Positions 11,216 through 24,575 of a stretch of DNA of 64,000 nucleotides are shown here, piece after piece; position 1 is the first letter of the stretch, and the number at the start of each line of letters is the position of its first letter. The DNA is taken from contig NC_058368.1 in assembly GCF_018350175.1 (NCBI RefSeq), positions 94,676,001 to 94,740,000 on the forward strand, given 5' to 3'. The notes under the pieces were generated by a model. The model saw only the letters and a program-made list of their open reading frames with translations, did not search any database and had not been told where the DNA came from. The DNA is from Felis catus. Its lineage: Eukaryota. The position numbers were made by a program, and so were the translations under genes.

Positions 11216-12433
11216 GTAATAAAGCATGCGGTGAATAAGTCTCCTGACTTAGAGACCAAGTTATTTCAACAGTTGATTTTGTGTGGAAAATGGGGGAAAA
11301 ATGTTGGGAGTGAGGATGTGACGTGTGGAAAACATACTGATGATGTTAAGCAATTATTTATGTCAATTTGAACTAGAGAAGAAAATCAAGAATCAAATTT
11401 TGCTTTAGAATAAAAAAACTTGAAGATGGTGATAAAATTCTAGCTTATATTTTAGGTGAATACACAAGTGTATATTTCTCTTAATAAAATGCATAGTGTT
11501 AATAAAGTATCGAAATTCATTCAAAACCTCTTAGGTGCCATGCTCTGTGATAGGTACTGCATGGCTAAAAATGGGTGTGAAGTTTTTTCCTCTAGACAGA
11601 CTCTCATTGATGTGAGAAAGGCTCAGAAACAGTGCAGTTAAGTGGGAAATATGTTAAGCACCTAAAATAGTGCCTGACATACGAGACGCTTATAAATGGT
11701 AATGAATTATGGAGGTTTATTCAAAGTGCAGTGTGAGCACATATATGTGTGGGCTTGATCTTTTCTAGATCCATAGGGAAGACTCCACAGAGGAGCGCAC
11801 ATTTGAATTAGGCCTTCAAAAGTGAGTGATAAAAGGAATGGACAGTCTGAGTAAAGGGAAGAGCATATAGAATGAATAATGAAATTCAGTAAGATTGAAT
11901 CCTAAATATGTAGCCCAGAAAAATGCTTAATTCACTCTCCTTGTAGTTTTTTTTTAATTAAACAGTTAGAAAGCATTTTATTTTCAATATTGAGTAGATT
12001 GTTCTGATAACATCATATTATGACTTTAAGGGTGTCAGTGACAAAATCAACAATATTCATTTTATTATTTAATCTTTGGGCAGTGTCAGTACATAACCTA
12101 ACTGCACCATGTGAAACGTAGGGCATCAGGATACTGTTTCATCCTTAAAAGACAGAATTTGCCAATTACGTTGGCCTTATAAGAACTATTTCATAAAAGC
12201 AGGAACTTTATTTCAAAGTGACCATTTAGAAGCTTTAGGCATCCAGTCTCCATTCTGAAGACTTTTGAAAATCAATCGGGATGGAATAGTAGAGCGGCAG
12301 GTGGCTATGAGGTACCTTGTGTGGTGCCCGATACACTAGATGTTTATAAATAGTCATGAATTGGAGAGGTCAGTTCCAAGTTCAGTTGCAGCAAACAGCA
12401 GGTGATTTTCTGTCTGTGTGCCTCCCTTCCTAG

Positions 12434-12500
12434 ACCCTTGATCCCATCCTTTGCCTGGCAAGTCAGTGAAATTACAAATAAATATAGTGCTTGAAAAAAG
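12434..12500 (+). other. Weak candidate 67-nt non-coding exon
   Basis: Pyrimidine tract ending cttcctag acceptor; donor AAG|gtaaat; stops in all three frames. Confidence 0.2.
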
Positions 12501-13016
12501 GTAAATATTTAGGTTTCCTTTTAGAAAATGCTATCAAAACATGAGTATTTATAATTTGTTGTGAGATGCTTGTATTAGTGACAAAGATATACATTAAGGG
12601 GCTTAATCAAATAATTAGGCAAATTATTGTTTTCATTGGTTAAGTGTTAAGTGAGAAATATTATAGGAACACATTTATCTGCTTTTTGAATAATATCACA
12701 CATATATAGTGATTTTCCTTCTACCTTCGTAAACACTCTTAAGGTTGGTAGTATTCCTATCAGAATACAGTGTCAGCCATTCCATGACATGTGGAACTTT
12801 AAGGGAATAATTAGTAAGAGTGAGTTGTTCAGACTGCTGAAATATCCAGAAACGTCCAGAGTTCTCATGCCAGCGGAGAAGCATTGGAATACAATCTGAA
12901 ATTCCCTGTGTTTATAGTTTAAATATGGAAGAGACTGTAGTGACTAATTATTTGATGCATGCACTCAGAATTGTTGTCTTTTGCTAGTGGTCACTGTCTT
13001 GAGGACAGACTGTGAT

Positions 13017-13237
13017 TTTTTAAAAAAAATTTTTTTAAGTTTATTCATTTTTGAGAGAGAGAGAGGCAGAGCGTGAGTGGGGGAGGGGCGGAGGGAGAGG
13101 GAGATACGGAATGGGAAGCAGGCTCCAGGCTCTGAGCAGTCAGCACAGAGCCGGACGCGGGGCTTGAACTCACAAACCTGAGATCATGACCTGGGCCGAA
13201 GTCGGACGCTTAACCGACTGAGCCACCCAGGTGCCCC
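13017..13237 (-). mobile_element. CanSINE
   Basis: Full SINEC; TSD-like cagact(g/a)tga. Confidence 0.95.
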
Positions 13238-13732
13238 AGACTATGAATTTTTTTAAATATAAATTTGTTCTGAAAATTTAGCTCAAATTCACTTACTATT
13301 TGCATCTTTTTCTGGCTTGGCAGTGAGATAATAAATTCATCATATACCCATCCTCAAAGAATAACAGCATTCTAATGTCAGATGCTGCATCAAAACATGA
13401 GAAAGACACAGCCCTGGCTCTTTTTAATTAAATGTGATAGGTAAGGCTGAGAAGACAGGAGAGCAGCTGCAGATGGATGGGTCTCTCAGGTACAAGGTAA
13501 TAGATTTAGTCTTTTTAACTGCTCTTTTGATTGCATCAGGTGCAGAGACTTGATTTGAAGGAAAAACCCCAGGAAGCCCAGCTCTCTGTAACAGTACTGA
13601 AAATGTTCACTTACTGGTACCAGGAGCTTCTTTACCTTCTTTTTAAGCCTCTGGTAATTTTCTTTGTCCGCAGAACCTTGGCACATCTGACTTTGAAAGA
13701 GCCCGTGGCTTTAGTCAACGCAACATGTGTTC

Positions 13733-13934
13733 TTAACGTTTATTTATTTTTGAGAGACACAGAGACAGAGTGCAAGGGGGGAGGGGCAGAGAGAGGGAGA
13801 CCCGGAATCCGAAGCAGCTTCCAGGCTCTGAGCCATCAGCACAGAGCCCGACGCAGGGCTTGAACCCACAAACCACGAGATCGTGACCTGAGCCGAAGTT
13901 GGATGCTTAACCGACTGAGCCACCCGGGCACCCC
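13733..13934 (-). mobile_element. CanSINE
   Basis: Full SINEC; TSD-like aacgcaaca(tg/cg)(t/c)gttctta. Confidence 0.95.
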
Positions 13935-14335
13935 AACGCAACACGCGTTCTTACCACCACTATACTGAAAATAGGAAGAGTCTGTAGGACAATGTTTTAG
14001 CTTCTGTGTTTTACTCCTCTTGTACTTGTTCTCATCCAGCAGTTGGAGGCCCTGTGCTGTTCTGTGGTGAAAATTGCAAAACAAAAAATCAAAAACAAAA
14101 ACAAAACACAAATAAAAACAAGCCTTCCAAAGAACGAACAGTTGACAACCTTTTTATATGGTTGTTTTATAAGGCTGTCAAACTTGTTTCTTTTTTGAGA
14201 TCGTCTTTCTGTTCTGTTTCATTACATTATCCTTTTGTTTTAGGAAGTAATGGTGATAGTAGATAGGAGGACTTGTAAAAATATATGTTATTTCTTAGAA
14301 AATAAAATGTTGCCAGCGTTGTGAGGTCCACCAGT

Positions 14336-14337
<2 letters not shown>

Positions 14338-14380
<43 letters not shown>
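14338..14380. repeat. (TG)n microsatellite
   Basis: About 21 TG units. Confidence 0.95.
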
Positions 14381-14382
<2 letters not shown>

Positions 14383-14482
14383 TGTACTGGCCTGTGAGAT
14401 ACAATTATGGGAACAAATGTAACATCCTGTGTTACCTACGTTCAAATAAAGTAACACGGAATGGAATGGAATGGAAACTGCT

Positions 14483-14660
14483 GACATAATGGAAAGATCC
14501 TAGGCTTTGGATTCAGCATATATGTAGTTTAAATGCTTTCTCTGATGTGGTGCTCATCTTTCTCATCTCTAAAATGTATGTGAATACTTATCTCCTGGGA
14601 TTATTGTGAGGATTGACCGAGATAATGTAGGTATGATGGCACAGTGCCAAGTGCATGAGG
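14483..14660 (+). mobile_element. MIR
   Basis: ataatggaaagatcctaggctttggattcag...tctcatctctaaaatg...ttgtgaggattga...gagataatgta. Confidence 0.7.
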
Positions 14661-15281
14661 GGTGTGGAATAATTTTAGTTTGTTCTCTTCTTTCTTCTTA
14701 GCAGTAGCTGGGGGTGGAGGGAATTCAGGTAAAGTTACCATCCAAATGGAATGTAAACCCAAGAGGAAAAAAAATGAAGAAAGCAAAGGGCCTTGGCAGT
14801 CCACAGTTTGATGAACGTCTTAATAAAGGCACATGGATGGCATAGTGCCTTGTACATACTCAGAATTGTATTGATTTTAAATTATTTGAAAATGTTGGAT
14901 AAGGGAGTTAATGATTGAACTACAAAACAAAGAAAAATACATCAAATTTAGAGAAACATTGAGGTTTGACATTTTATTATTATAGTAAAAGAAATCTGGC
15001 AATGAACAAAATACCATTTTTACACTGATAAGTCATTTTAGTAAAGTATTAAAAGTACATTTTTCCAATCTTATTATTTATACTTATGGCTATAATTTGT
15101 AACAATCCAAATATGTATTCTTTATTTTTCTGAAATATTTTTACACATTATGTCCTTAATGCTTCTATGTATGTACTATGCGTATCAATATTAATAATAA
15201 ATGAAAAAAGGCTGAAGGCAAGATGGTTAAGTGACTAGTATAGTTGTCATGGTTAGTCAGTGATAATCAGAACCAGATCCT

Positions 15282-15504
15282 TTTTAAAAAAAAATTTTTT
15301 TTAATGTTTATTTTAATAATGAGAGAGAGGGAGACAGAGCAGGAGTGGGGGAGGGGCAGAACGAGAGAGGCACAGAATCTGAAGCAGGTTGCAACCTCTG
15401 AGTTGCCAGCACAGAGCCTAATGCGGGGCTCGAACCCATGAACTGTGAGATCATGTCCTGAGTTGAAGTCAGGCGCTTAACCAACTGAGCCAACCAGACA
15501 CCCC
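15282..15504 (-). mobile_element. CanSINE (inserted in the tail of the next SINE)
   Basis: SINEC body; the pair is flanked by the repeat cagaaccagatc. Confidence 0.93.
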
Positions 15505-15506
15505 TC

Positions 15507-15716
15507 TTTTTTTTTTTTTTTTAAGTTTATTTATTTTGAGAGAGAGGGAGAGTGCTTGCAAACACAACTGGGGAAGGGACAGAGAGAGAGGGAGAGAGAA
15601 TCTGAGGCAGGTTTTCCACTGTCAGTGCAGAGCCTAACGTGGGACTTGAACTCACAAACCATGAGATCATGACCTGAGCCAAAGTCAGAAGCTTAACCGA
15701 GCCCCGCAGGTGCCCC
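15507..15716 (-). mobile_element. CanSINE
   Basis: SINEC body ending gcaggtgcccc. Confidence 0.92.
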
Positions 15717-16208
15717 AGAACCAGATCTTAAAGTTATCTTTGTTTCTGTTGCTTTTGTTTATGACAGAGATAACTTTATTAGGACCTGGTGCATTTTCGG
15801 CTTTTTACTTTTCTCTTGTGTTTCCGATGAATCATTTTAATCCTTATTCTTATAAATTGACAGTTTTATAAAGAGAATGATTTCCCCAAGGTCACATTAT
15901 CGATCTTATAATTCTGAAACAGAATAGATCTGTCTAATCAGTAAACTCCTCTGCTTGCCCTGATCTACAGTGACAACAATCGTTGCCATGACAGTTGAAT
16001 AAAAACAGTCAAAGAAAATCTTTCTTGGTGTCGACATTTGGAATAGATGTCCCAGATACTTTTTTCCATGTTTATGAGCTACTGAAGTTTTAGGGTTTAC
16101 ATATTTTAGAGAAACTTTTTCAAACTGCTTTAAACATCCAAAGGTTTCCATGTAAAGCAAATTCAATTGTACCAAACATATACAAATCAATTCTCGTTTA
16201 GTGAGATA

Positions 16209-16209
16209 A

Positions 16210-16241
<32 letters not shown>

Positions 16242-16294
16242 ATGTATATATGGTGTCATCTATATCCTATATACGATATGTGGGGGGGGGGGGG
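16209..16294. repeat. (TA)n tract followed by a G13 run
   Basis: (TA)n at 16209-16250; G13 at 16282-16294. Confidence 0.9.
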
Positions 16295-17169
16295 CGGTTA
16301 AAATTTTACCTGGTCACGGGCTATAACCTTTGGTAGCTATTGTCTCTGTAATTAGGTTCCCAGATATCAGGCTAGGCTGTGATATAACCAAGTAGTTTTT
16401 GGTAAATTTCTTTGCTGAAAGAAAGAATGTATGTTTTAGAGCTGAAAGGTCACCAAGCCCCACACCAGCTGGGTGGATGATGTATATTCATCATTCTAGA
16501 TAATCGAACTTGGTTAATTTCAAGCTAATTGTGGTTGAAGACTTTGAAGTGTGGATAGCCCCACAATACAACGTGCACCCTGTTGCGAACGAACAGAGTG
16601 TGTACTATCTTTGTGACAGAGTGTGACAACTTTGTGAGATGAAGTTGAGACACAGATGTCTTTTGGAAGAGAAACTGGTACATGTCCTCATCACTGGTTA
16701 TCACACAGAGACACCTTGTAGGATCTACTTTGGAGCAATAATTTTGCAGCTATTTTAGGTATAGGACTTTGCCTTCAAATAGATAAGATATTCAAATTGG
16801 CATTCAGACCCTCCCCCAACTCTTTATGTGTGTGTGTTTGACAAAAATGGAGCAAGTCTTGTTAAGTGAGCTGGAGTGAGGGAACCAGGCATTGTTAGAA
16901 ATTTGGCCAACTCACACTTCCCCCTCAATTCCTGGAAATCTTTCTACCACCTTGAGGGCTCCTTACCACTTTCTTAGAGATTTAAATAAGAAAAGAGGAA
17001 TCTTTCAACTTAAAGAATAAGCTAAAGGGAAATAATTATTTACCTTAGTGGAAATGTTTACCTCGATTAAATAGATATATGTGAATATTTACAGTATCAA
17101 AATATAAAACACATTTGTTAGTATCTTTTATATAGGTGCGCTTAGATCTTTTAAGGCATTTTACTAAAA

Positions 17170-17412
17170 TTTATTTATTTATTTATTTAATTTTCTTAAA
17201 ATTTTTTTTAATGTTTACTTATTTTTGAGACAGAGGAAGACAGAGCGCAAGTGGGGGAGGGGCAGAGACAGAGGGAGACACAGAATTTGAAACAGGCTCC
17301 AGGCTCTGAGCTGTCAGCACAGAGCCCAATGTGGGGCTCGAACCCACGAACCGTGAGATCATGACCTGAGCCGAAATCAGATGCCCAACCGAATGAGCCA
17401 CCCAGGCACCCC
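17170..17412 (-). mobile_element. CanSINE
   Basis: Full SINEC; TSD ctaaaatttattt. Confidence 0.95.
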
Positions 17413-17672
17413 CTAAAATTTATTTTTAAAATGGTGTTGACTTTTTCTTCTTGAAAAGATCTTAAAATTATAATTTTAAAAACTCAAAAATCTACATGAG
17501 GAAGGTATTTTGGTTATTTTGTGAATGGCTTATAGTTTATGGTTGGATTTATTTTGTGGAATTAAATTCTTGAATCAGTATGAGATTGCTCTTTTGTTGT
17601 TGTAGTATAAAGTATTGATATTTTAAATAGTATTGATATTTAAGTATTAATATTTAAAATATCAAGTAGTGA

Positions 17673-17896
17673 GGGGCGCCTGGGTGGCGCAGTCAGTTAA
17701 GCGTCCGACTTCAGCCAGGTCACGATCTCGCGGTCGTGAGTTCGAGCCCCGCGTCAGGCTCTGGGCTGATGGCTCAGAGCCTGGAGCCTGTTTCCGATTC
17801 TGTGTCTCCCTCTCTCTCTGCCCCTCCCCCGTTCATGCTCTGTCTCTCTCTGTCCCAAAAATAAATAAACAAAAAAAAAATTAAAAAAAAAATAAA
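17673..17896 (+). mobile_element. Young felid SINE
   Basis: Same diagnostic motifs as 6500-6723; 18-bp TSD taaaatatcaagtagtga at 17655-17672 and 17897-17914. Confidence 0.97.
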
Positions 17897-17956
17897 TAAA
17901 ATATCAAGTAGTGATATTTTACTTTTACTCTTTTTAGTATAGAACACTGTCGTATT

Positions 17957-18165
17957 GGGGCACCTGGGTGGCTCAGTCAGTTGGGCATCCGACTTTGGCT
18001 CAGGTCATGATCTCACAGTTCGTGAGTTCTAGACCCCGCATCAGGCTCTTTGCTGGCAGCTCAGAGCCTGGAGCCTGCTTTGGATTCTGTGTCTCCCTCT
18101 GTCTGCCCCTCCCCCACTAACACTCTGTCTCTCAAAAATGAATAAATGTTAAAAAATATTTTTAA
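17957..18165 (+). mobile_element. CanSINE
   Basis: Full SINEC; TSD-like agaa(c/g)actgt(c/t)gt. Confidence 0.94.
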
Positions 18166-18751
18166 AGAAGACTGTTGTGTTAAAAGATAGATGTTGCATC
18201 TGTTTTAATTTAAAAATTAAATGATGTGCAAAGAAAACCCACCCAAATTCCATTCGAATGAAATTTATAAGTTTTTGGTTTGGCCTTGCATATGAGTAAG
18301 CAAACATAGTTTCTTCCTTCCTTTGTTGAAATTACTAGTTTATAGCTACATGGGATTACTTTATATTTTTATATTTTTATATATTGGTTTATAACGACAT
18401 TAAGAATAATTTGTGTAGCTATTTTCCCCACCCAATAAACACTAACTCTGGATTAGTCTCTAATTTGAATTACTGGTTAACTTTCCCCGATTTCAGTGTA
18501 AGTGTGGATAACTGATGGTTGTTTGTACAAAGCTTTGGATAGATCTGTGGTGAAATGTTCCTTAGTTTGGAATAAGTCCTCCAAGTGAGCATGTCTTTGT
18601 TTTCAAATCTTCATGCTATTACTGGTAATGAAATAAAAATGTTAAGCTAAAATAGAACCTGTCTAGCTTTTGAAACATGAACTATAAAAGCTAGCTGTCA
18701 TGTTTTGCAAATAACTGCATATATCTCTTTATTTATAGTATAGTATAGTAA

Positions 18752-18878
18752 TTTTTTTAAGTAGGTTCCATGCCCAGCATGGAGCCCAGCACAGGGCTTG
18801 AACTCACAACCCTGAGATTCAGAGCTGAGCTGAGAGCAAGAGTTGGACGCTTAACTGACTGAGCCACCCAGACACTCC
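18752..18878 (-). mobile_element. Short CanSINE in the L1 tail
   Basis: aagtagg...ggagcccagcacagggcttgaactc...gagccacccagacactcc, lacking (CT)n. Confidence 0.85.
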
Positions 18879-19040
18879 ATTTTTTTAGTTTATTTTTTTA
18901 TTGAGATTTAATTGACATACAAAATTATACTTAGTTTTGGGTGTATATTGTAATGATTCAACATTTGTGTAACTGGGAAATGAGTATAATGAGTCTAGTC
19001 ACCATTCGTCAGCATAAAAGTTACAAAATATATATGTGTG

Positions 19041-19121
19041 TATATATTTTATAGCTTCATAGCTTTCAGTATACGAACATTAGCTTATATAATGTTCGTA
19101 TACTGAAAGCTATGAAGCTAT

Positions 19122-19131
<10 letters not shown>
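19041..19131. repeat. Perfect 42-bp inverted repeat with 7-nt loop
   Basis: 19041-19082 is the exact reverse complement of 19090-19131; loop gcttata. Confidence 0.97.

Positions 19132-19173
<42 letters not shown>
19125..19173. repeat. (AT)n microsatellite
   Basis: About 24 AT units. Confidence 0.95.
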
Positions 19174-19176
<3 letters not shown>

Positions 19177-19597
19177 TTTGTGAGAGCACATGAGCAAATG
19201 AGCGAGCTTTCAGTATCTGCTCTCCCAGCAGCTTAAACTATGCACCACAGTCCCATTGTCACCATGACCTATTCATCTTACAGCTGGAAGTGTGTACCCC
19301 CTCATCCCCTTCACCCATTTTGCCCATCTTCCCAACCTCCTCTCTGGCACTAACCACTCTGTTCTCTGTATCCATGAGTTTTGTTTTGTTCGTTCGTTGA
19401 TTTGTTTCTTTGTTTTTCCATGTATAAGTTAGATCCTGTGGTATTTGTCTTCCTTTGTCTGACTTGTTTCTCTTAGTAAAAACTTTCAGGGTCTTTCCAT
19501 GTTGCTGCAAATAGCAAGATTTCTTTCTTTTTTTTTTTTTTTAAGGCTGAGTATATCCCATTGTGTGTGTGTGTATCAATATCTATCTATACATATT

Positions 19598-19611
19598 CAC
19601 ACACATGCACA

Positions 19612-19672
<61 letters not shown>
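19598..19672. repeat. (CA)n microsatellite
   Basis: Long AC repeat within the L1. Confidence 0.95.
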
Positions 19673-19675
<3 letters not shown>

Positions 19676-20951
19676 GTCTTCTTTATTCATTCATCCATCA
19701 GTGGGCACTTAGGTTTTTTCCCTATCTTGGCTATATGAATACTGCTGTAATGAAATGAACATAGGGGTGCATATATCTTTTCACTTGGTGTTTTCATTTT
19801 CTTTGGATAAATACCCAGAAGTGGAACGCTAGGATCATATGGAAGTTATATTTTAAATATTTTGAGCAGCTTCCATACTGTTTTCATAGTGGCTGTACCA
19901 ATTTATATTCCCAACAGTGCACAAGTGTTCCCTTTTCTCCACATCTTGCTCAGCAGCTGTTGTTTCTTATCTTTTTCATAATGCCATTCTAATGGGCGTG
20001 AAGTGATATCTACAGTAAGACTACAATAGGATTTGATTTGCATTTCCCTGGTGATTTACTAATGTGGAACCTGTTTAGTGTACCTGTTGGCCATCTGTAT
20101 GTTGTCTTTGGAAAAATGTCTGTTCAGATCCTCTGCCCATTTTTTAATCATATTGTGTTTTTGTTTTTGTTTTTTTGCTGTTTAGTTGTATGAGTTTTTT
20201 TATGTATTTTGGATGTTAACCCCTTATTGGATATATGATGTGTACATATTTTCTCCAATGCAAGAGGTTCTCTTTTCATTTTGTTGATAGGTTCCTTCCC
20301 TGTGCAGAGGCTTTTCAGTTTGGAATCGTCTCACTTGTTTATTTTTGCTTTTGTTGCCTTTGCTTTTGGAGTCATATCTCCAAGACCTCTCCAAGACTGA
20401 TGTCAAGGAGTTTACTACCTGTTTTCTTCTATGAGTCTTATGGTTTCAGGTTTTACATTCAAGTGTTTAATCCATTTTAAGTTAATTTTTGTATATGGTA
20501 TTAGATAGTAGTCTAGTTTCATTCTTTTGCACATGGCTGTTCAGTTTTCCCAGCACCATTTATTAAAGAGTCCTTTCCCCATTTTATATTCTTACCCTCT
20601 TTGTCTGACTGTATATATGTGGGTTTATTTCTGGACTCTTGCCTGTTTTATCTGTGTTTCTGTTTTTATGCCCATACTATACTATTTTGATTACTATAGC
20701 TTTGAAATTAGTGAACCTGTATCCTTGTTCTCCTTTCTCAAGATTGCTTTGGCTATTTGGGACCTTTTGTGGTTCCATACAAATTGCAGGATTGTTCTTT
20801 TTCTGAGAAAAAAGTGATGGGATTTTGATGAGAATTACATTGAATCTGTAGATTGCTTTGGGTAATATGGACAATTTTAGCAATATTAGCTCTTCCCATC
20901 TGTGAGCACAGATACCAGTTTGTGTCTCTCTCAGTTTCTTTTATGAGTATC

Positions 20952-21139
20952 TTTTTTTTTTTTTTAACATTTATTTATTTTGAGAGAGAGAGAGTGTGTG
21001 AGTGCAAGTGGGGGAGGGGCAGAGAGAGAGAGGGAAAGAGAGAATCCCAAGCAGGGCTCAGACTCACAAAACTCAAGATCATGACCTGAGCCAAAATCAA
21101 GAGTTGGACACTTAACCAACTGATCCACTCAGATGCCCC
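20952..21139 (-). mobile_element. CanSINE nested in L1
   Basis: SINEC body with an internal deletion; TSD-like tctt(t/c)atgagt. Confidence 0.9.
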
Positions 21140-23149
21140 TCTTTCATGAGTGTCTTACAGTTTTTAGTGTAAGGTCTTTCACTTCCTCAGTTAAAGGTAT
21201 TCCTAGGTATTTTTAATGCAATTATGAATGGGATTATTTTCTTAATTTCTCTTTCTGATAGTCCATTGTGACTGTATAGAAATCCATTGTTACTGTATGT
21301 TGTTTTTGTACTCTGCAACTTTATTGAAATGGTTTATTAGGTCTTACAGTTTTTTTGTAGAGTTTTTAGGGTTTTCTGTATATAAAACCATGTTATTCTC
21401 CAATAGTGACAATTTTACTTACTTCTTTCTGATTTGGACGCCTTTTATTTCTTTTTCTTGTCTGATTACTGTGGCTAGGATTTCCAGTACTGTGTTGAAT
21501 AAAAGTGGGCATCCTTGTCTCTCCTGATCTTAGGGGAAAAGCTTATAGCTTTTCACCAATGAGTAAGATGTCAGCTGTAGGTCAGTTGTAAATGTCCTTA
21601 TTTATATTGAGGTACATTAACCCTTTATCCACTCTTTTGAAAGTATTTATCATAACGGATGTTGAATTTTGTCAAATGCTTTTTCTTCTTTTGTTGAGAT
21701 GATCATATGATTTTAATTCTTTTTGTAATGTGGTATACCACATTGAGTTTGATGTTTATCGAACCATCCATGAAACCTTGGAATAAATCTTATGTGATCA
21801 TGGTGTATTTTAATGTATTGTTGAATTTGGTTTGTGGAGGATTTTTGTGGAGGATTTTTGCATCAATGTTCCTCAGGGGTATTGTCCTATAATTTTCTTT
21901 TTTTGTCTCTGCTTTTGGTATCAAGGTAATGCTGACCTCATAAAATGATTCTGGAAGCATTCCTTCTTCAATTTTTTGAAAAGGATAGATATTCAATTTT
22001 CTTTAAATGTTTATTAGTTATTAGTAAATTCAACAATTTAGCCATCTAGTCCTGAATTTTTGTTTGTTAGGCAATTTTTATTACTGATTTAATCTCTTTA
22101 TCAGTAATTGATTTATTCAGATTTTCTATTTCTTTATATTTCATTCTTGGAAGATTGTACATTTCTAGGAACCTGTCCATTGGTCAGTTTGTTGGCATAT
22201 AATTGTACATGCTAGTCTCTTATGATCCTTTATATTTGTATGGTATCACTTAAAACTTTTAGTCATTCGTTTCTGATTTTATTTATTTGACCTGTCTCTT
22301 TTTCTTGATGAGGCTAGATAAACATTTGTCAATTTTGTTTATCTTTTCAAAGAACCAGCTCTTAGTTTCATTGATCTTTTCTTTTGTCTTTTTAGTGTAT
22401 ATTTCATTTATTTTTGTTCTGGTCTTTCTTTCTTTCTACTAATTTTGGTTTTTGTTTGTTCTTTTTCTAGTTTCTTAAGGTATAACTTTGCGTTGTTAGA
22501 GATCTTATTTTGAGGTAGGCGTATGTTACTATGAACTGCCTTCTGAGACCTGCTTTTGCTGTATTACAGAGATTTTGGTAAGCTGTAATACTGTTTTCAT
22601 TTGTCTCAAGGTGTTTATTATTTTTCTTTTCTTTGTTGACCATTGATTGTTCAGTAGCATGTTGTTTAGCTTCCTTGTATCTGTATTTTCTCCAGTTTCT
22701 GTCTTATAATTTTTTATAGTTTTATACCATTGTGATCAGAAAAGATGTCTGCTCTAATTTCAATCTTCTTAAGTTTATTGAGATTTGTTTTGTGGGCAAA
22801 CACATGATCTATCCTGGAGAATGTTCTATACATGTGAAAAGAATTTGTATTCTGCTGCTTTTGGATGGCATGTTCTGTATATATTAAGTCCATTGGGTCT
22901 AATGTGTCATTTAAGGTCAATGTTTCCATATTGATTTTCTGTCTGAATGATTTATTCATTGATCTAAGTTTGATATTAAAGTCCTCTATTATTATTGCTA
23001 TCTTTTTCTCCCTTTAGGTCTTTAATTTTTGCTTTATCTATTTAGGTGCTCCTAAATTGGGTATGTACATATTTACAAATGTTATATCCTCTTGTTAGAT
23101 TGACCCCTGTATCATTATGTAATGCCCTTCTTTGTCTCTTGTTACACTC

Positions 23150-23192
23150 TAAAATTTTATTTTAGAGAGTGTATGAATGGGGGAGAGGGGCA

Positions 23193-23231
<39 letters not shown>

Positions 23232-23352
23232 TTAAGCATACCCATGTTCAGGACAGAGCCTGACACAGGGCTTGATCCCATGACCCTGCGATCATGACTT
23301 GAACTGAAATCAAGAGTTGGATGCTCACCTGACTGAGCCACCCAAGCGTTCC
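23150..23352 (-). mobile_element. CanSINE nested in L1
   Basis: Older SINEC; TSD-like tacactct. Confidence 0.9.
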
Positions 23353-24055
23353 TACACTCTTTGTTTTAAAGTCTATTTTGCCTGATACAAATAATGCTAC
23401 GTCACCTTTCTTTTGGTTTCCATTTGCATGAAATACTTTTTTCATACCTTTACTTTCAGTTTGTTGGGTCCTTCTTACATCCAACATTAGCCTCTTATAG
23501 GCAGTGTATAAATAAATGGGTCTTCTTTTAATTGGAGAATAATTCAGTCCGTTTACATTTAAAGTAATTATTGTTAGGTGTTGCTTTGTTAATTGTTTTC
23601 TGTTTTGTCGTTCTTTTGTGTCTTTGTTTTGTTCTTTTACTTGGGGTTTGATGACATTCTTTATGCTTAGATTTCTTTGTTATTAATTTTTTGTATATCT
23701 CCTGTAGGTTTTTGCTTTGTAGTTACCATGAAGCTCATATGTAGCAGCCTGTATATAAAACCGTCTATTTTAAGTGATAACAACTTATGTTTGAACACCT
23801 TCCTCTATATTTTTATCCCAACCCACATTTTATGTTTTTAATGCACATTTTACATCTTTTTATTTTGTGTATCCCTTAAGTGATGTTGTTATAGTTCTCT
23901 TTGGTACTTCTGTTTTTTAACTTTCACACTAGCTTTATAAGTGATTAATCCGCTACCTCTACTATATATTTACCTTTTCCAGCGATATTTATGTTTTCAT
24001 ATATTTTCTTGTTACTAATTAACACTTTTTCTTTGCAGTTTAAAGAAGTCCCCCC

Positions 24056-24274
24056 TTTTTTTTTTTTTAAAAACGTTTATTTATTTTTGAGATAGAGAGA
24101 GACAGAGCATGAACAGGGGAGGGTCAGAGAGAGAGGAAGACACAGAATCCGAAGCAGGCTCCAGGCTCTGAGCTGTCAGCACAGAGCCCGACGCGGGGCT
24201 CGAACTCACAGACCGTGAGATCATGACCTGAGCCGAAGTCAGACGCTTAAACGACTGAGCCACCCAGGCGCCCC
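24056..24274 (-). mobile_element. CanSINE nested in L1
   Basis: CpG-rich SINEC; TSD taaagaagtccc. Confidence 0.96.
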
Positions 24275-24575
24275 TAAAGAAGTCCCTTTAACATTTCTTG
24301 TGAGGCTAGTTTAGTGGTAATGAACTCTTTTAGCTTTTGCTTGTTTGAAACATTCCTTATCTCTCCTTCAGTTCTGAGTGATAATTTTGCCAGGTGAAGT
24401 ATTCTTGGTTGGAAGTTTTTTCCATTCAGCACTTGGAATATATTTTGCCACTCCCTCTGGCCTGCAATGTTTTGCTGAAAAATCTGCTTATAGTCTTATA
24501 GGGGTTTCCATGTATGTAACAAGTTGTTCTTTTTTTGCTCTTCTAAGATTCTTTCTGTATCTTTAGCTTTTGACA

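Noticed and set aside
20224..23487. L1 ORF2 peptide fragments as a functional CDS
   Set aside because: Fragmented by stops, frameshifts and SINE insertions, so non-functional.
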